64,000 nucleotides of DNA from an uncultured archaeon (GTDB lineage Archaea; Aenigmatarchaeota; Aenigmatarchaeia; CG10238-14; SCSR01). Below the pieces are notes generated by a model. It did not search any database and had not been told where the DNA came from. It worked only from the letters and a program-made list of their open reading frames with translations. The stretch covers positions 3,283 to 67,282 of the forward strand of contig CAYNTH010000003.1 in NCBI GenBank assembly GCA_964400475.1, given 5' to 3'. Position numbers and translations under genes: made by a program. Each line of letters starts with the position of its first letter. Within the stretch, counting starts at the first letter, position 1. This document shows, one piece after another, positions 18,821-27,201 of this stretch.

Positions 18821-19398
18821 CCCTTATTTTTTAATTTATCCTGTACACTCCTAAGAATAGTTTGTTCTTTTTTGAATAATATTCTTTGCCTTTTAAGCCA
18901 TATCAACCAAACAAATAATATCGTTATTATCATTAGGGGCTGCCAAATTACACTGTGAAGCCAGTTTATGTATTGGGTACCGAATTTCGCCGTTAATAAC
19001 AATATACTGGAAATTCTCAATATGTTTGCCAAAAACACAAGAGATATTGCAATTAAGATGTTTCGTATTTTTCGGAATTTGTGTGGTACAGGAGATGCCA
19101 ACATGAGAGCAAATAATGTGTACATACTTTTCCATCCGGTACAGTCGGTATTTATGGTGATGCTCAGTACGAGCGGGGCTTGATCGAAGATTAGATTGAT
19201 GCCCTCCCTTCTAACAGAATATCCTATTATATTGAAAATTTGATATACTATATTCGACACAATTAGCTGAATTTGTGTGAATTCCATTCCTGATAAAATA
19301 ATCACGTATAATGGTATTGACAAAAGATTAAATTTTATCAAAAAGTCGACAAGTATTTCAATTTTTTCGAGATTAGAATCATTTAGTTTTATCATCAT
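18811..19398 (-). CDS. Exosortase/archaeosortase-family membrane protein (small Art-type)
   Basis: 195 aa, polytopic. The candidate Cys/Arg/His triad appears in the expected order: INTDCTGWKS, ANILRISS, NWLHSVIW. Confidence 0.55.
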   Translation of the reverse strand: MMIKLNDSNLEKIEILVDFLIKFNLLSIPLYVIILSGMEFTQIQLIVSNIVYQIFNIIGYSVRREGINLIFDQAPLVLSITINTDCTGWKSMYTLFALMLASPVPHKFRKIRNILIAISLVFLANILRISSILLLTAKFGTQYINWLHSVIWQPLMIITILFVWLIWLKRQRILFKKEQTILRSVQDKLKNKGWI

Positions 19399-19906
19399 TT
19401 TTCCTCCTTCTCTTTTTTATCGTGTTTCTTATGGCGGTTGTTATGTTTTCGTTTTTTCCCTTCAAGATTCTTGAGACAACCTTGTCGAATATGCTGTTTA
19501 ATCCAGTCCTGTCCAATGCCGATTTCACCTTTCTGAAAAGGAATCTGTTGCTTTTCCAAGCCTTTATAGCCGCTGCTAGTGCATCTTTCTCGTGCTTTCC
19601 CTTTATTTCGATTCCTGGTTCGGATTTTTTCAATAATGCTTGGAATTTCTTTACTAGTTTATGTTTTTCAGATACATTCATCGATTCCTCTGGTACGAAG
19701 AGTACGCTACCCATAGAACTTGCTATTTTTTCCACATTACTGGGTGCGGGGGACACGTCAGTTGCAACAATCAACGGGGTACCGTGTCTTGTGATGATCC
19801 TTATTATTTTTTCTGGACCAGTGTTCCTTCTGCTGGATAAATGTACGAGATTACCTTCTAAATCTATAATTGCTATTCCCGTATTGGTTCCAGGGTCTAC
19901 ACCCAC
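19379..19906 (-). CDS. RNase H-fold (RuvC/YqgF-like) protein resembling the DUF460/COG2433 N-terminal domain
   Basis: MGVDPGTNTGIAIIDLEGNLV...PLIVATDVSPAPSNVEKIASSMG matches my recollection of DUF460. At 175 aa it is much shorter than typical family members. Confidence 0.5.
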   Translation of the reverse strand: MGVDPGTNTGIAIIDLEGNLVHLSSRRNTGPEKIIRIITRHGTPLIVATDVSPAPSNVEKIASSMGSVLFVPEESMNVSEKHKLVKKFQALLKKSEPGIEIKGKHEKDALAAAIKAWKSNRFLFRKVKSALDRTGLNSIFDKVVSRILKGKNENITTAIRNTIKKRRRKNDDKTK

Positions 19907-19921
19907 TATTGTAGCTTTGAT

Positions 19922-20587
19922 CTATTCATCACCTTTATTAACGGAGCTCAGAATATTCCTCATATTGTGTGCCATTTTCTCACCGATTCCCCTCACCTTT
20001 TTCAATTCGTCCTCACTTGCGCTAAATACTCCCTCGATGCTCCCAAATTTATCCAATAAGCGTTTGCTGATAACAGAATTTATGCCAGGTATTCCGGATA
20101 TTATTTGTTCCTTCAATTTTTTCAAATCTTTGGATTTTTTACCAATCTTAATCGAAACCGGTCTGTTTCTCCCAATCTGTTCCTTGTTGGCTATCCAATA
20201 AATTGTCAATGCGGTGTCCTTGGGATTCTTTGTTGATATCACGGATGCACCGTAGTTTATGATTAGCGTTGACATAGCCGCTTTAAGTGCATTTATTGAT
20301 ATGTTTCTATTAGACGAACCTTCGATTATGAATACGGGCTTCTCGAACTCTTTCTTCATTATCCTGGCTTGATCGAACAATCTACCATCAATTATAGATG
20401 ATACAAAGTCTGGGTGGTCTTTTCTTTCAATGACAACTTGATCGGAAACAATGAAGTCCCCCACGGATAGCGGGGATTCACTGATATGCGCACCGAATGT
20501 TTTCAACGCGTTTATAACTTTCTTTTCCCTGTAATCACACGCCACGATTATTTTACCATCTGTTTTAATGATTTTTTGGGTTTTCAT
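19922..20587 (-). CDS. hef: ERCC4/XPF-type nuclease with C-terminal (HhH)2 (Hef nuclease half)
   Basis: ACDYREKK...GDFIVSDQVVIERKDHPDFVSSIIDGRLFDQ is the ERCC4 motif GDF..ERK. The C-terminal GIPGINSVISKRLLDKFGS...VRGIGEKMAHNM is the HhH pair. Confidence 0.8.
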   Translation of the reverse strand: MKTQKIIKTDGKIIVACDYREKKVINALKTFGAHISESPLSVGDFIVSDQVVIERKDHPDFVSSIIDGRLFDQARIMKKEFEKPVFIIEGSSNRNISINALKAAMSTLIINYGASVISTKNPKDTALTIYWIANKEQIGRNRPVSIKIGKKSKDLKKLKEQIISGIPGINSVISKRLLDKFGSIEGVFSASEDELKKVRGIGEKMAHNMRNILSSVNKGDE

Positions 20588-20596
20588 AAAAATCTA

Positions 20597-22135
20597 TCAT
20601 TTTGTCCAATCGAGCAGAGATTTTTTCCTTTTTATCCCCTTACCGTTCTTTAAGTCGTACAGTACCTTTTTCATTTTTTTCTCTTTGTTGACGGCCGACC
20701 AATAGTAAGCTTCATCTCTTGTATCTTTGGTGATTAGGAATATCACCTTACCGGTCACTTGACGTCCTACTCTTCCGCGTCTCTGGATAGTTCTTATAGC
20801 GCTTGCCACAGGTTCATAAAATATTGCATAATCGACCGATGGTACGTCTAACCCTTCTTCACCAACACTTGTAGCAACTAGTACATTGAATTTTTTATTT
20901 TTAAAATCTTTCAATATCTGGATTTGCTCATCCTGTTTCATCCCCTTTCCTTTCTTGGTCGCTTGTCCGATGAATTCATGAACGGATATTCCCTCATTTT
21001 CCAATATCTCTTTTATCTTGTCAACTGTTGCCCTGTAATTAGCGAAGATTATTATTCTGTCGCTTTTTCTATCATTGATGAGGTTCTTTACAAGTTCTTT
21101 TATTTTGTCCATCTTAGGATGTTCTTCATTCTCGTAGCACTCCTCTATTATTTCCAATATCTCTTCCATTCTCCTATTTTTCATGAGTCTTTTGTCAGTT
21201 TTCTTATCGCTTTTTTTCAGTTTGTCTAAGTAGTTTTTCAGAAACGTCACTCCTTGGGTTTCGAGCAGACCCATGGCATGGTCTAGTTTTATTGCCTCGG
21301 CAGTCCGTATCATTGCCCACATGTTTCCATAATTTTTTGATCCCTTGGAATATCTGGCTCCCAATTTCCTTTGAACACCCAGCAGCATTTTTTTACTGGG
21401 TTTGTCAGTGAATATGTAGTGTTTTTTCTTCAACCAGTCCACATCGTCTTGAAAACACTCCTTTAACAGTGACTTTATCCTCTTGTATTTTTCAGGAAAA
21501 TCAACATATATCCAATCCTTCTCAATACCTTTCACATATGGTTTTACGTCTTCATCTTCTTCGCTCCTGATTTCTACTTTTTTGATGAACAGATTGTCTA
21601 TAACTTCTGCAATTTTTTCTGTATTTCCACCCGGAGATGCCGTAAGACCAAGTATCACCGGATTTTCGGATTGCAACATGAATTTCTTCGCTATGTATGT
21701 ATATGCATAATTCCCGACAGCGCGATGGGCCTCGTCTATGGTCATGAATGAGAATTCTTTAAAATTCAGCTTTCCACTTTCCAGGTCGTTTCTAATGCAT
21801 TGGGGAGTTGCCGCGAATATCCTGCCTCTCTTGTATAATTTCTCTCTCTTTTTGGGTCTAACATTTCCTGTTATTAGTAGTATATCATCAGGATCTATAT
21901 TGGTGAATTCTTCAAAACTTTTCATATGTTGTGCGTTCAGTGGTCTGCTTGGCGCTGTTATCAATATTTTGCTTCCTGGTATAGATTTGAGCCTCTTGGC
22001 ACCAACTAAGACCGATATCAGTGTTTTACCCAGTCCTGTTGGCAATACGACTAGTGTATTGTTATCAGTGGCAGTTTTTGATATGTTTATCTGATATTCT
22101 CTCCTTTCAAATTTATCCTCGTCTAGAATAGACAA
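20597..22135 (-). CDS. hef: Hef/FANCM-type SF2 helicase (Hef helicase half)
   Basis: Walker A LPTGLGKTL, DEAH box (MTIDEAHRAV), motif VI QRRGRVGR. The stop lies 9 nt upstream of the nuclease ORF start. Confidence 0.85.
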   Translation of the reverse strand: MSILDEDKFERREYQINISKTATDNNTLVVLPTGLGKTLISVLVGAKRLKSIPGSKILITAPSRPLNAQHMKSFEEFTNIDPDDILLITGNVRPKKREKLYKRGRIFAATPQCIRNDLESGKLNFKEFSFMTIDEAHRAVGNYAYTYIAKKFMLQSENPVILGLTASPGGNTEKIAEVIDNLFIKKVEIRSEEDEDVKPYVKGIEKDWIYVDFPEKYKRIKSLLKECFQDDVDWLKKKHYIFTDKPSKKMLLGVQRKLGARYSKGSKNYGNMWAMIRTAEAIKLDHAMGLLETQGVTFLKNYLDKLKKSDKKTDKRLMKNRRMEEILEIIEECYENEEHPKMDKIKELVKNLINDRKSDRIIIFANYRATVDKIKEILENEGISVHEFIGQATKKGKGMKQDEQIQILKDFKNKKFNVLVATSVGEEGLDVPSVDYAIFYEPVASAIRTIQRRGRVGRQVTGKVIFLITKDTRDEAYYWSAVNKEKKMKKVLYDLKNGKGIKRKKSLLDWTK

Positions 22136-22208
22136 TTAACCACCTACTACAACAATTATTTAACTTTATTATTTTTAATTGATATCAAATTAATGTTGAG
22201 GTTATTTC

Positions 22209-22898
22209 ATGAAAGTTGCTGTTTTATTTTCAGGAGGGAAAGATTCTACCTATGCGTTGAAAAAAGCATTTGATAGTGGTTGGGATGTCGGATATATGAT
22301 TACATTGATACCCGAGAAAGATGATTCATGGATGTTCCACCATCCCTGCATAGAATTGACAAGATTACAGTCGGAATCGATAGGAATAAAACATTTGGTC
22401 AAAAATACAAGCGGAAACAAGGAAAGCGAACTAGAAGACCTCAATGAAGTATTAGCCGGTATCAGAGATGATATAGATGCGCTGGTGTCCGGTGCAATTT
22501 CAAGTAATTATCAGAAAGATAGGATAGATACAATCTGCGCGGATAACGATATAGAGAGCGTTACTCCTCTATGGGGGTTGGATCAGTCCGAACTTGTCAA
22601 AGATCAGATTGAATATGGGTTGGATATCATATTTTCTGGGGTATCTTCTGCTGGGCTGGATGAAACATGGTTGTTTCGTAAATTGGATGATCGGGCTTTG
22701 GGTGATTTGGAAAGAATCCATGACAAATATGGCATAAATATTGCTGGAGAGGGTGGAGAGTATGAGACTTTCGTAAAGGACGCTCCATTCTTTAGCAAGA
22801 ATATATTGATTGAAGATTTTGAGAAAAAATGGGACAATGAGACCGGCAGTGGGTATATAATTTGTAAAAAAGCTAAATTATTAGATAAGGTGATATAA
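22209..22898 (+). CDS. MJ0570/Dph6-type PP-loop ATPase (diphthine-ammonia ligase-like)
   Basis: MKVAVLFSGGKDSTYAL PP-loop, DDSWMFHHP and EGGEYETFV motifs. Confidence 0.7.
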   Translation: MKVAVLFSGGKDSTYALKKAFDSGWDVGYMITLIPEKDDSWMFHHPCIELTRLQSESIGIKHLVKNTSGNKESELEDLNEVLAGIRDDIDALVSGAISSNYQKDRIDTICADNDIESVTPLWGLDQSELVKDQIEYGLDIIFSGVSSAGLDETWLFRKLDDRALGDLERIHDKYGINIAGEGGEYETFVKDAPFFSKNILIEDFEKKWDNETGSGYIICKKAKLLDKVI

Positions 22899-23179
22899 TG
22901 AAATCTCCATTACTGATAGTCGCTGAATTGATATCGGGATTGATAATGGGCCTCATAGATTCCGTGATATTTGTTCTATCCAAATTTATAGAATTGATAA
23001 TAAGCCTGTTGTCAATATCTGTTTTAAGTACGACCGGGTTCGTGGTAGCGGTCCTTGCAGGTGCGGGAGTTTTCATATTCCTAACAGGATTTGTATTCAA
23101 GAGCGCAAAGACGCTGATATCCCTGGTCATAGCGTTCATAGCAGTTATCGCAGTACTTGCATTCTTTTCGGTGTTATGA
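22898..23179 (+). CDS. Hypothetical membrane protein
   Basis: 93 aa with 3 hydrophobic helices. The start overlaps the stop of the previous gene (ATGA). Confidence 0.4.
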   Translation: MKSPLLIVAELISGLIMGLIDSVIFVLSKFIELIISLLSISVLSTTGFVVAVLAGAGVFIFLTGFVFKSAKTLISLVIAFIAVIAVLAFFSVL

Positions 23180-23571
23180 CAAATGGTGTCGACATGGGCA
23201 TTCTAATTAATCTGGTCGGGATCATACTATCGCTTTTTTCATGGTTCAATCCGATTGGATTTGACCAAATGCTTCAAATATCGTTATTTATCTTGGGGTT
23301 TGACATGATGGGAGTATTGCCCAAGACAGCGATATTCGGGTTAAGTGTTATTTTCCCAAGATTCGGTGACAGACTAGGTAGCTTCTCATGGACTCTGATA
23401 TTCCTTTTCATGTCGGAGCTGATATTGTCAATTTTGCAATTGGAACGTCCTTACCGTATATTGATAAAACCATCCGCCGTGTTTCTAACATCTTTCATTT
23501 CACTCGGGATACAACCAGCTTTAATTATTTCTGGAATAGATTTATTGATAAATCTGACACATAAAGATTAG
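23176..23571 (+). CDS. Hypothetical membrane protein
   Basis: 131 aa, 4 hydrophobic helices, 4-nt overlap with the previous ORF. Confidence 0.45.
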   Translation: MTNGVDMGILINLVGIILSLFSWFNPIGFDQMLQISLFILGFDMMGVLPKTAIFGLSVIFPRFGDRLGSFSWTLIFLFMSELILSILQLERPYRILIKPSAVFLTSFISLGIQPALIISGIDLLINLTHKD

Positions 23572-23580
23572 ATAATATCT

Positions 23581-23663
23581 GCCGAGGTCGCATAATCAGG
23601 TAGTGCACCAGCCTCGAAAGCTGGCGTCCTTTGGACATCTGGGTTCAAATCCCAGCCTCGGCG
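23581..23663 (+). tRNA. tRNA-Ser (anticodon CGA), class II with long variable arm
   Basis: Hand-folded. Acceptor GCCGAGG/CCTCGGC, anticodon stem CCAGC/GCTGG with loop CTCGAAA, variable stem GTCC/GGAC, T arm CTGGG-TTCAAAT-CCCAG. No encoded CCA. Confidence 0.9.
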
Positions 23664-23787
23664 TTTTACGCCCTTATATTTATAAATGTAGCGTATAAAA
23701 TAGCAGTATAGAAGTTGAACTGGACGGAATTAATAAAAGTACGTTCTATTTTTAACTTTGATTAAACTATAAAGGAGGTTAACTTAA

Positions 23788-24261
23788 ATGAGATACGATA
23801 AAAGAGGATTCGGACGAAGCGGAGGTTTCCGCAAGAAAAGATACAACTTGCCCAAACCAGTAGATGTTGGGGAAGAGTACGATGTTGAAATCACAGAAAT
23901 TGGATCTAAGGGCGATGGTATAGCCAGGATCAAAAATTTCATCATATTCGTAAGCGGAGCCAATAAAGGCGAAAAAGTCAGGATCAAGATAACTGATGTA
24001 ATGAACAGGTTTGCTGTTGCAGAGAAAATCGGAGAAGCGACTGGTGAAGTCGAAGGATCTGAGGAATCTGAAGAAACTGAAGAAGCTACAGAAGAAGCAG
24101 AAACAGTTGAAGAAGCAGCGGAAGTTGAAGAGGAAGCAGTTGAGGAAGCAGAAGAATCTGCTGAAGAAACTGAAGAATCGGAAGAGACGCCTGAAGAAGC
24201 TGAAGAAGAATCCGTTGAAGAAACAAGCGAAGAAGACGCTGAAGAAAATACAGAAGAATAA
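23788..24261 (+). CDS. Stand-alone TRAM-domain protein with a long acidic tail
   Basis: A strong AAGGAGGT motif lies upstream. TRAM core: GEEYDVEITEIGSKGDGIARIKNFIIFVSGANKGEKVRIKITDV. This is followed by ~75 aa of E/A/T-rich low complexity. Confidence 0.75.
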   Translation: MRYDKRGFGRSGGFRKKRYNLPKPVDVGEEYDVEITEIGSKGDGIARIKNFIIFVSGANKGEKVRIKITDVMNRFAVAEKIGEATGEVEGSEESEETEEATEEAETVEEAAEVEEEAVEEAEESAEETEESEETPEEAEEESVEETSEEDAEENTEE

Positions 24262-24339
24262 CTAAATTGATGTGAGTGATTGAGTCATTTTTTTCTTTTG
24301 ACTCACCAATTTATTTTCTTTAAATTACAAAATTATAGT

Positions 24340-25104
24340 ATGCCTAGAAGTAAATGGGTATCCGATTTGCCCGAGATTAAGTATGAACAGACCGAAGAAA
24401 TCGATTCTAATAATCCTGGTTCTAAGACTGGTAAAGAGAAAAAAGTTAGAAAGGGAGTTGATGGTAAAAAAACACCTTCCACAGATAACAATAATAAAAA
24501 ATTTACCAGAAGACCTAAGATAGTTTTGAAAAGAACGATGCGTTCCTATCTCTATAATTATTTGTTGATAGGGTTGATGTTAGTTTTTTTCTATCTTTTA
24601 TGGAACAATTATGAATTAAGTTTGGTGATCCCTCCCAAAACATTGGGGGATGTTTTGGGGGTATTGGTCGTATTCGCCTTTTTCGGCGTGTTATTATATC
24701 TATTCAAGGAACCTGCGATAGAGCGTAAGTTTAGAAAATTTATAATAACCGATGATGAGATTGTAAGGTCAGAAGGGATATTCAGAAGGAGTAGGATTGT
24801 GATACCATACCATTCGGTATCTAACATAGATGTCTATAAAGGGGTGATTGGCAGATTGATGAGATTCGGTGATATAAGAATTGTTGGATTCAGGAATGAA
24901 ATATCCATGAATGGCATACATGATCCTGATAAATATTATAATATAATTCAGAAAAGGATGTCTAAGAAATCTGATTCTAAAAAATCAAAACCAGATAATG
25001 ATATGCCTGATAATGAGATGGAATCTTACAATTCAGAAAAAAAATTTTTGGATAGAATAGTGAAGACTTTCGATAAGTTGATTAAACCAAAAGATAATAA
25101 ATAA
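24340..25104 (+). CDS. Membrane protein with bacterial PH (bPH_2/DUF304, YdbT-like) domain
   Basis: The track ORF starts at 24280; ATG 24340 (MPRSKW) is more plausible. Two TM segments, then ITDDEIVRSEGIFRRSRIVIPYHSVSNIDVYKGVIGRLMRFGDIRI. Confidence 0.55.
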   Translation: MPRSKWVSDLPEIKYEQTEEIDSNNPGSKTGKEKKVRKGVDGKKTPSTDNNNKKFTRRPKIVLKRTMRSYLYNYLLIGLMLVFFYLLWNNYELSLVIPPKTLGDVLGVLVVFAFFGVLLYLFKEPAIERKFRKFIITDDEIVRSEGIFRRSRIVIPYHSVSNIDVYKGVIGRLMRFGDIRIVGFRNEISMNGIHDPDKYYNIIQKRMSKKSDSKKSKPDNDMPDNEMESYNSEKKFLDRIVKTFDKLIKPKDNK

Positions 25105-25145
25105 TGCTTACTAATTAGTGAAGAACGTGGTTTCTCCTTTGTGGG

Positions 25146-26279
25146 GTGTTAAGATTGAATAACGGTGTTAAAAACGCATTCATAATACAAGCTATAAATG
25201 CTTTCATTTATGGAGTGATATTTATAATTGTGCCATTGCTCATGGTCGATCGGGGTGTCACGGTCGAATATATGGGGCTGATTTTTGCGGTACTTCCCAT
25301 AATTACGCAAACGAGCAGATTATTTTTTGGGACAGTATCGGATTATGTTGGTCGTAAAAAGTTTTACTTTCTCAACGGGATACTTAACCTGGTCTTTTTG
25401 GGGTCCTATTATTTTGCCACAACCGCTGTTGGATTCCTTATTGGTAAGATAGGTGAAGGGGTGAGAAGCGCTTCCCTCTGGGCCGTTAATAGGGCATATC
25501 TTATAGATCACATAGATGAACAAGAAGAAGCTCTGATAAAACTAAAGGGTATCAACAGCGTGTTCCAGGCCTTGGGTATGTTGCTTTCGGGATTCCTTTT
25601 AACATTTCTATTTTATGATAAAACTCTCATATTGTTGATGGCACTTTCAGTTTTCCTATTCCCGAATATCAGGATGCTGAACGATATTAAAACAAGGATA
25701 CTTAATCTAAAGGTCGCTCTCTTATCCCTAGATTTCAGGCATAAATCTGAGAAGTTCAAAAATTTCATAGGTATATTTTTCTTGATAGGACTTTCGTGGG
25801 GACTTATAACTGGTTATATATTGCCATTATACCTTAAATTGAGTGGTGTGGCCACAGAGAATATAGGGCTGTTATTGGGTGTACGGATTCTCTTGAATGG
25901 GATATCAGTTTATGTGTTCAGTTTAATGTGGGAGGGTAAAAAGAAAATACTTGTTGGTGGGATATTATATTCGTTGATATTGGTACTTTTCCCATATTCC
26001 AATTATTCGACATTGCCAATCTTAATAGTTTTGTGGGGCACAATCAGTGGAATTGCAGATGCTGGGATAGAGACAATATTTGTAAATATATCTAATGAGA
26101 AGACCGTTGCCAAAGATATAGGAACTCTTATGATAGGTACACACGCTGGGATAACTATAACTCAGGCCCTTTCGGGATTCGTGATAACTAGATTAGGATT
26201 CCATACACTATTCTTTCTGTCAGCGATGTTATATGTGTTGTTTTCATTCACGGCTTATTATAACATGAACGGTGAATGA
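25146..26279 (+). CDS. MFS transporter
   Basis: 377 aa, about 10-12 TM segments, motif A-like GTVSDYVGRKK. Confidence 0.7.
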   Translation: MLRLNNGVKNAFIIQAINAFIYGVIFIIVPLLMVDRGVTVEYMGLIFAVLPIITQTSRLFFGTVSDYVGRKKFYFLNGILNLVFLGSYYFATTAVGFLIGKIGEGVRSASLWAVNRAYLIDHIDEQEEALIKLKGINSVFQALGMLLSGFLLTFLFYDKTLILLMALSVFLFPNIRMLNDIKTRILNLKVALLSLDFRHKSEKFKNFIGIFFLIGLSWGLITGYILPLYLKLSGVATENIGLLLGVRILLNGISVYVFSLMWEGKKKILVGGILYSLILVLFPYSNYSTLPILIVLWGTISGIADAGIETIFVNISNEKTVAKDIGTLMIGTHAGITITQALSGFVITRLGFHTLFFLSAMLYVLFSFTAYYNMNGE

Positions 26280-27195
26280 TTGGGTAACCATTAAAAGGTT
26301 AAAAGATTTTATTCTATTTATGCCAGTTAACGCAGGACCTGAATATTACAATGCAGAGAAGAAATATGCAGATGCTAAGACCAAGGAAGATAAGGTAAAG
26401 GCATTGGAAGAAATGATTCGAACGCTTCCCAAACATAAATCTAGCGAGAATCTATTGGCTAGTCTGAAGAAGAGACTGTCGAAATTAAAAAAGGAAAAAA
26501 CGGTGCAGGCAAAGGCCAAGCCGAAGTTTTCTATAAGCAAGGATGGTGCTGCACAGGTCTGTATATTCGGATTTACAAATAGTGGTAAGAGCACATTATT
26601 GAAACAATTGACAAATGCTAATGTTGAAATAGGAAATTATTCATATACAACAGCCAAACCGACAGTTGGAATGTTGGATTACACCGGCGTTAAGATACAA
26701 TTGGTCGAAATCCCATCAACATTTTCGGCTGATGTGATGTCTATTGTTAGAACATGTGATTTACTTTTGATATTGTTGAATGGGACTAATGATTTGGAAT
26801 CCCAGTTGAGTGAAATAATCGATATATTAGACGAGCATGGAATAGATGATAAGAACATTTTAATAGTTTCTAATAAGTCAGACAAGAAAAAAAATGAACA
26901 TGTTCTGGAAATTTCTGCTAAAAGCGGAGATGGGTTTGAAGAATTGACGGATGCGATATGGGGTAGTTTAAATCTAATTAGAGTTTATACAAAATCACCT
27001 AATACACCAAAATCGAAAAAACCCCTAACGCTAGAAAAAGGATCCACGGTAAAAGATGTTACAAAATCGGTTCATAAAACACTGCTAAAGAATTTCCGCT
27101 TTGCAAGAATATTTAATGATACAAAATATAGTGGGAGGCAGGTTGGATTGGAATATGTTCTTTCTGATTTAGATACAGTTGAAATACATTCGTGA
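26272..27195 (+). CDS. DRG/Obg-family GTPase with C-terminal TGS domain
   Basis: G1 motif FGFTNSGKSTLL, then NKSD, then a TGS-like C-terminus (IRVYTK...TVKDVTKSVHKTLLKNFRFARIF...VLSDLDTVEIH). An alternative start MPVNAG lies 16 codons downstream. Confidence 0.7.
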   Translation: MNDWVTIKRLKDFILFMPVNAGPEYYNAEKKYADAKTKEDKVKALEEMIRTLPKHKSSENLLASLKKRLSKLKKEKTVQAKAKPKFSISKDGAAQVCIFGFTNSGKSTLLKQLTNANVEIGNYSYTTAKPTVGMLDYTGVKIQLVEIPSTFSADVMSIVRTCDLLLILLNGTNDLESQLSEIIDILDEHGIDDKNILIVSNKSDKKKNEHVLEISAKSGDGFEELTDAIWGSLNLIRVYTKSPNTPKSKKPLTLEKGSTVKDVTKSVHKTLLKNFRFARIFNDTKYSGRQVGLEYVLSDLDTVEIHS

Positions 27196-27201
27196 TATAA
27201 A

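Noticed and set aside
17502-18854. Plus-strand ORFs (up to 205 aa) opposite the coiled-coil gene.
   Set aside because: They are the antisense of an E/K/L-rich gene, which gives S/F/L-rich pseudo-ORFs. No start context or motifs.
19422-20201. 259-aa plus-strand ORF spanning the DUF460-like and Hef nuclease genes.
   Set aside because: It crosses a gene boundary on the opposite strand and is hydrophobic low-complexity. The minus-strand genes have clear catalytic motifs.
24040-24261. GAAGAAG-rich tract considered as a tandem DNA repeat or microsatellite.
   Set aside because: There is no fixed repeat unit. It is coding low complexity (the Glu-rich tail) rather than a structured repeat element.
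24011-24265. 84-aa poly-Lys ORF in an alternative frame of the TRAM acidic tail.
   Set aside because: It is a frame-shifted reading of the GAAGAAG tract (GAA GAA read as AAG AAG). The TRAM frame is continuous from a strong SD and ATG.
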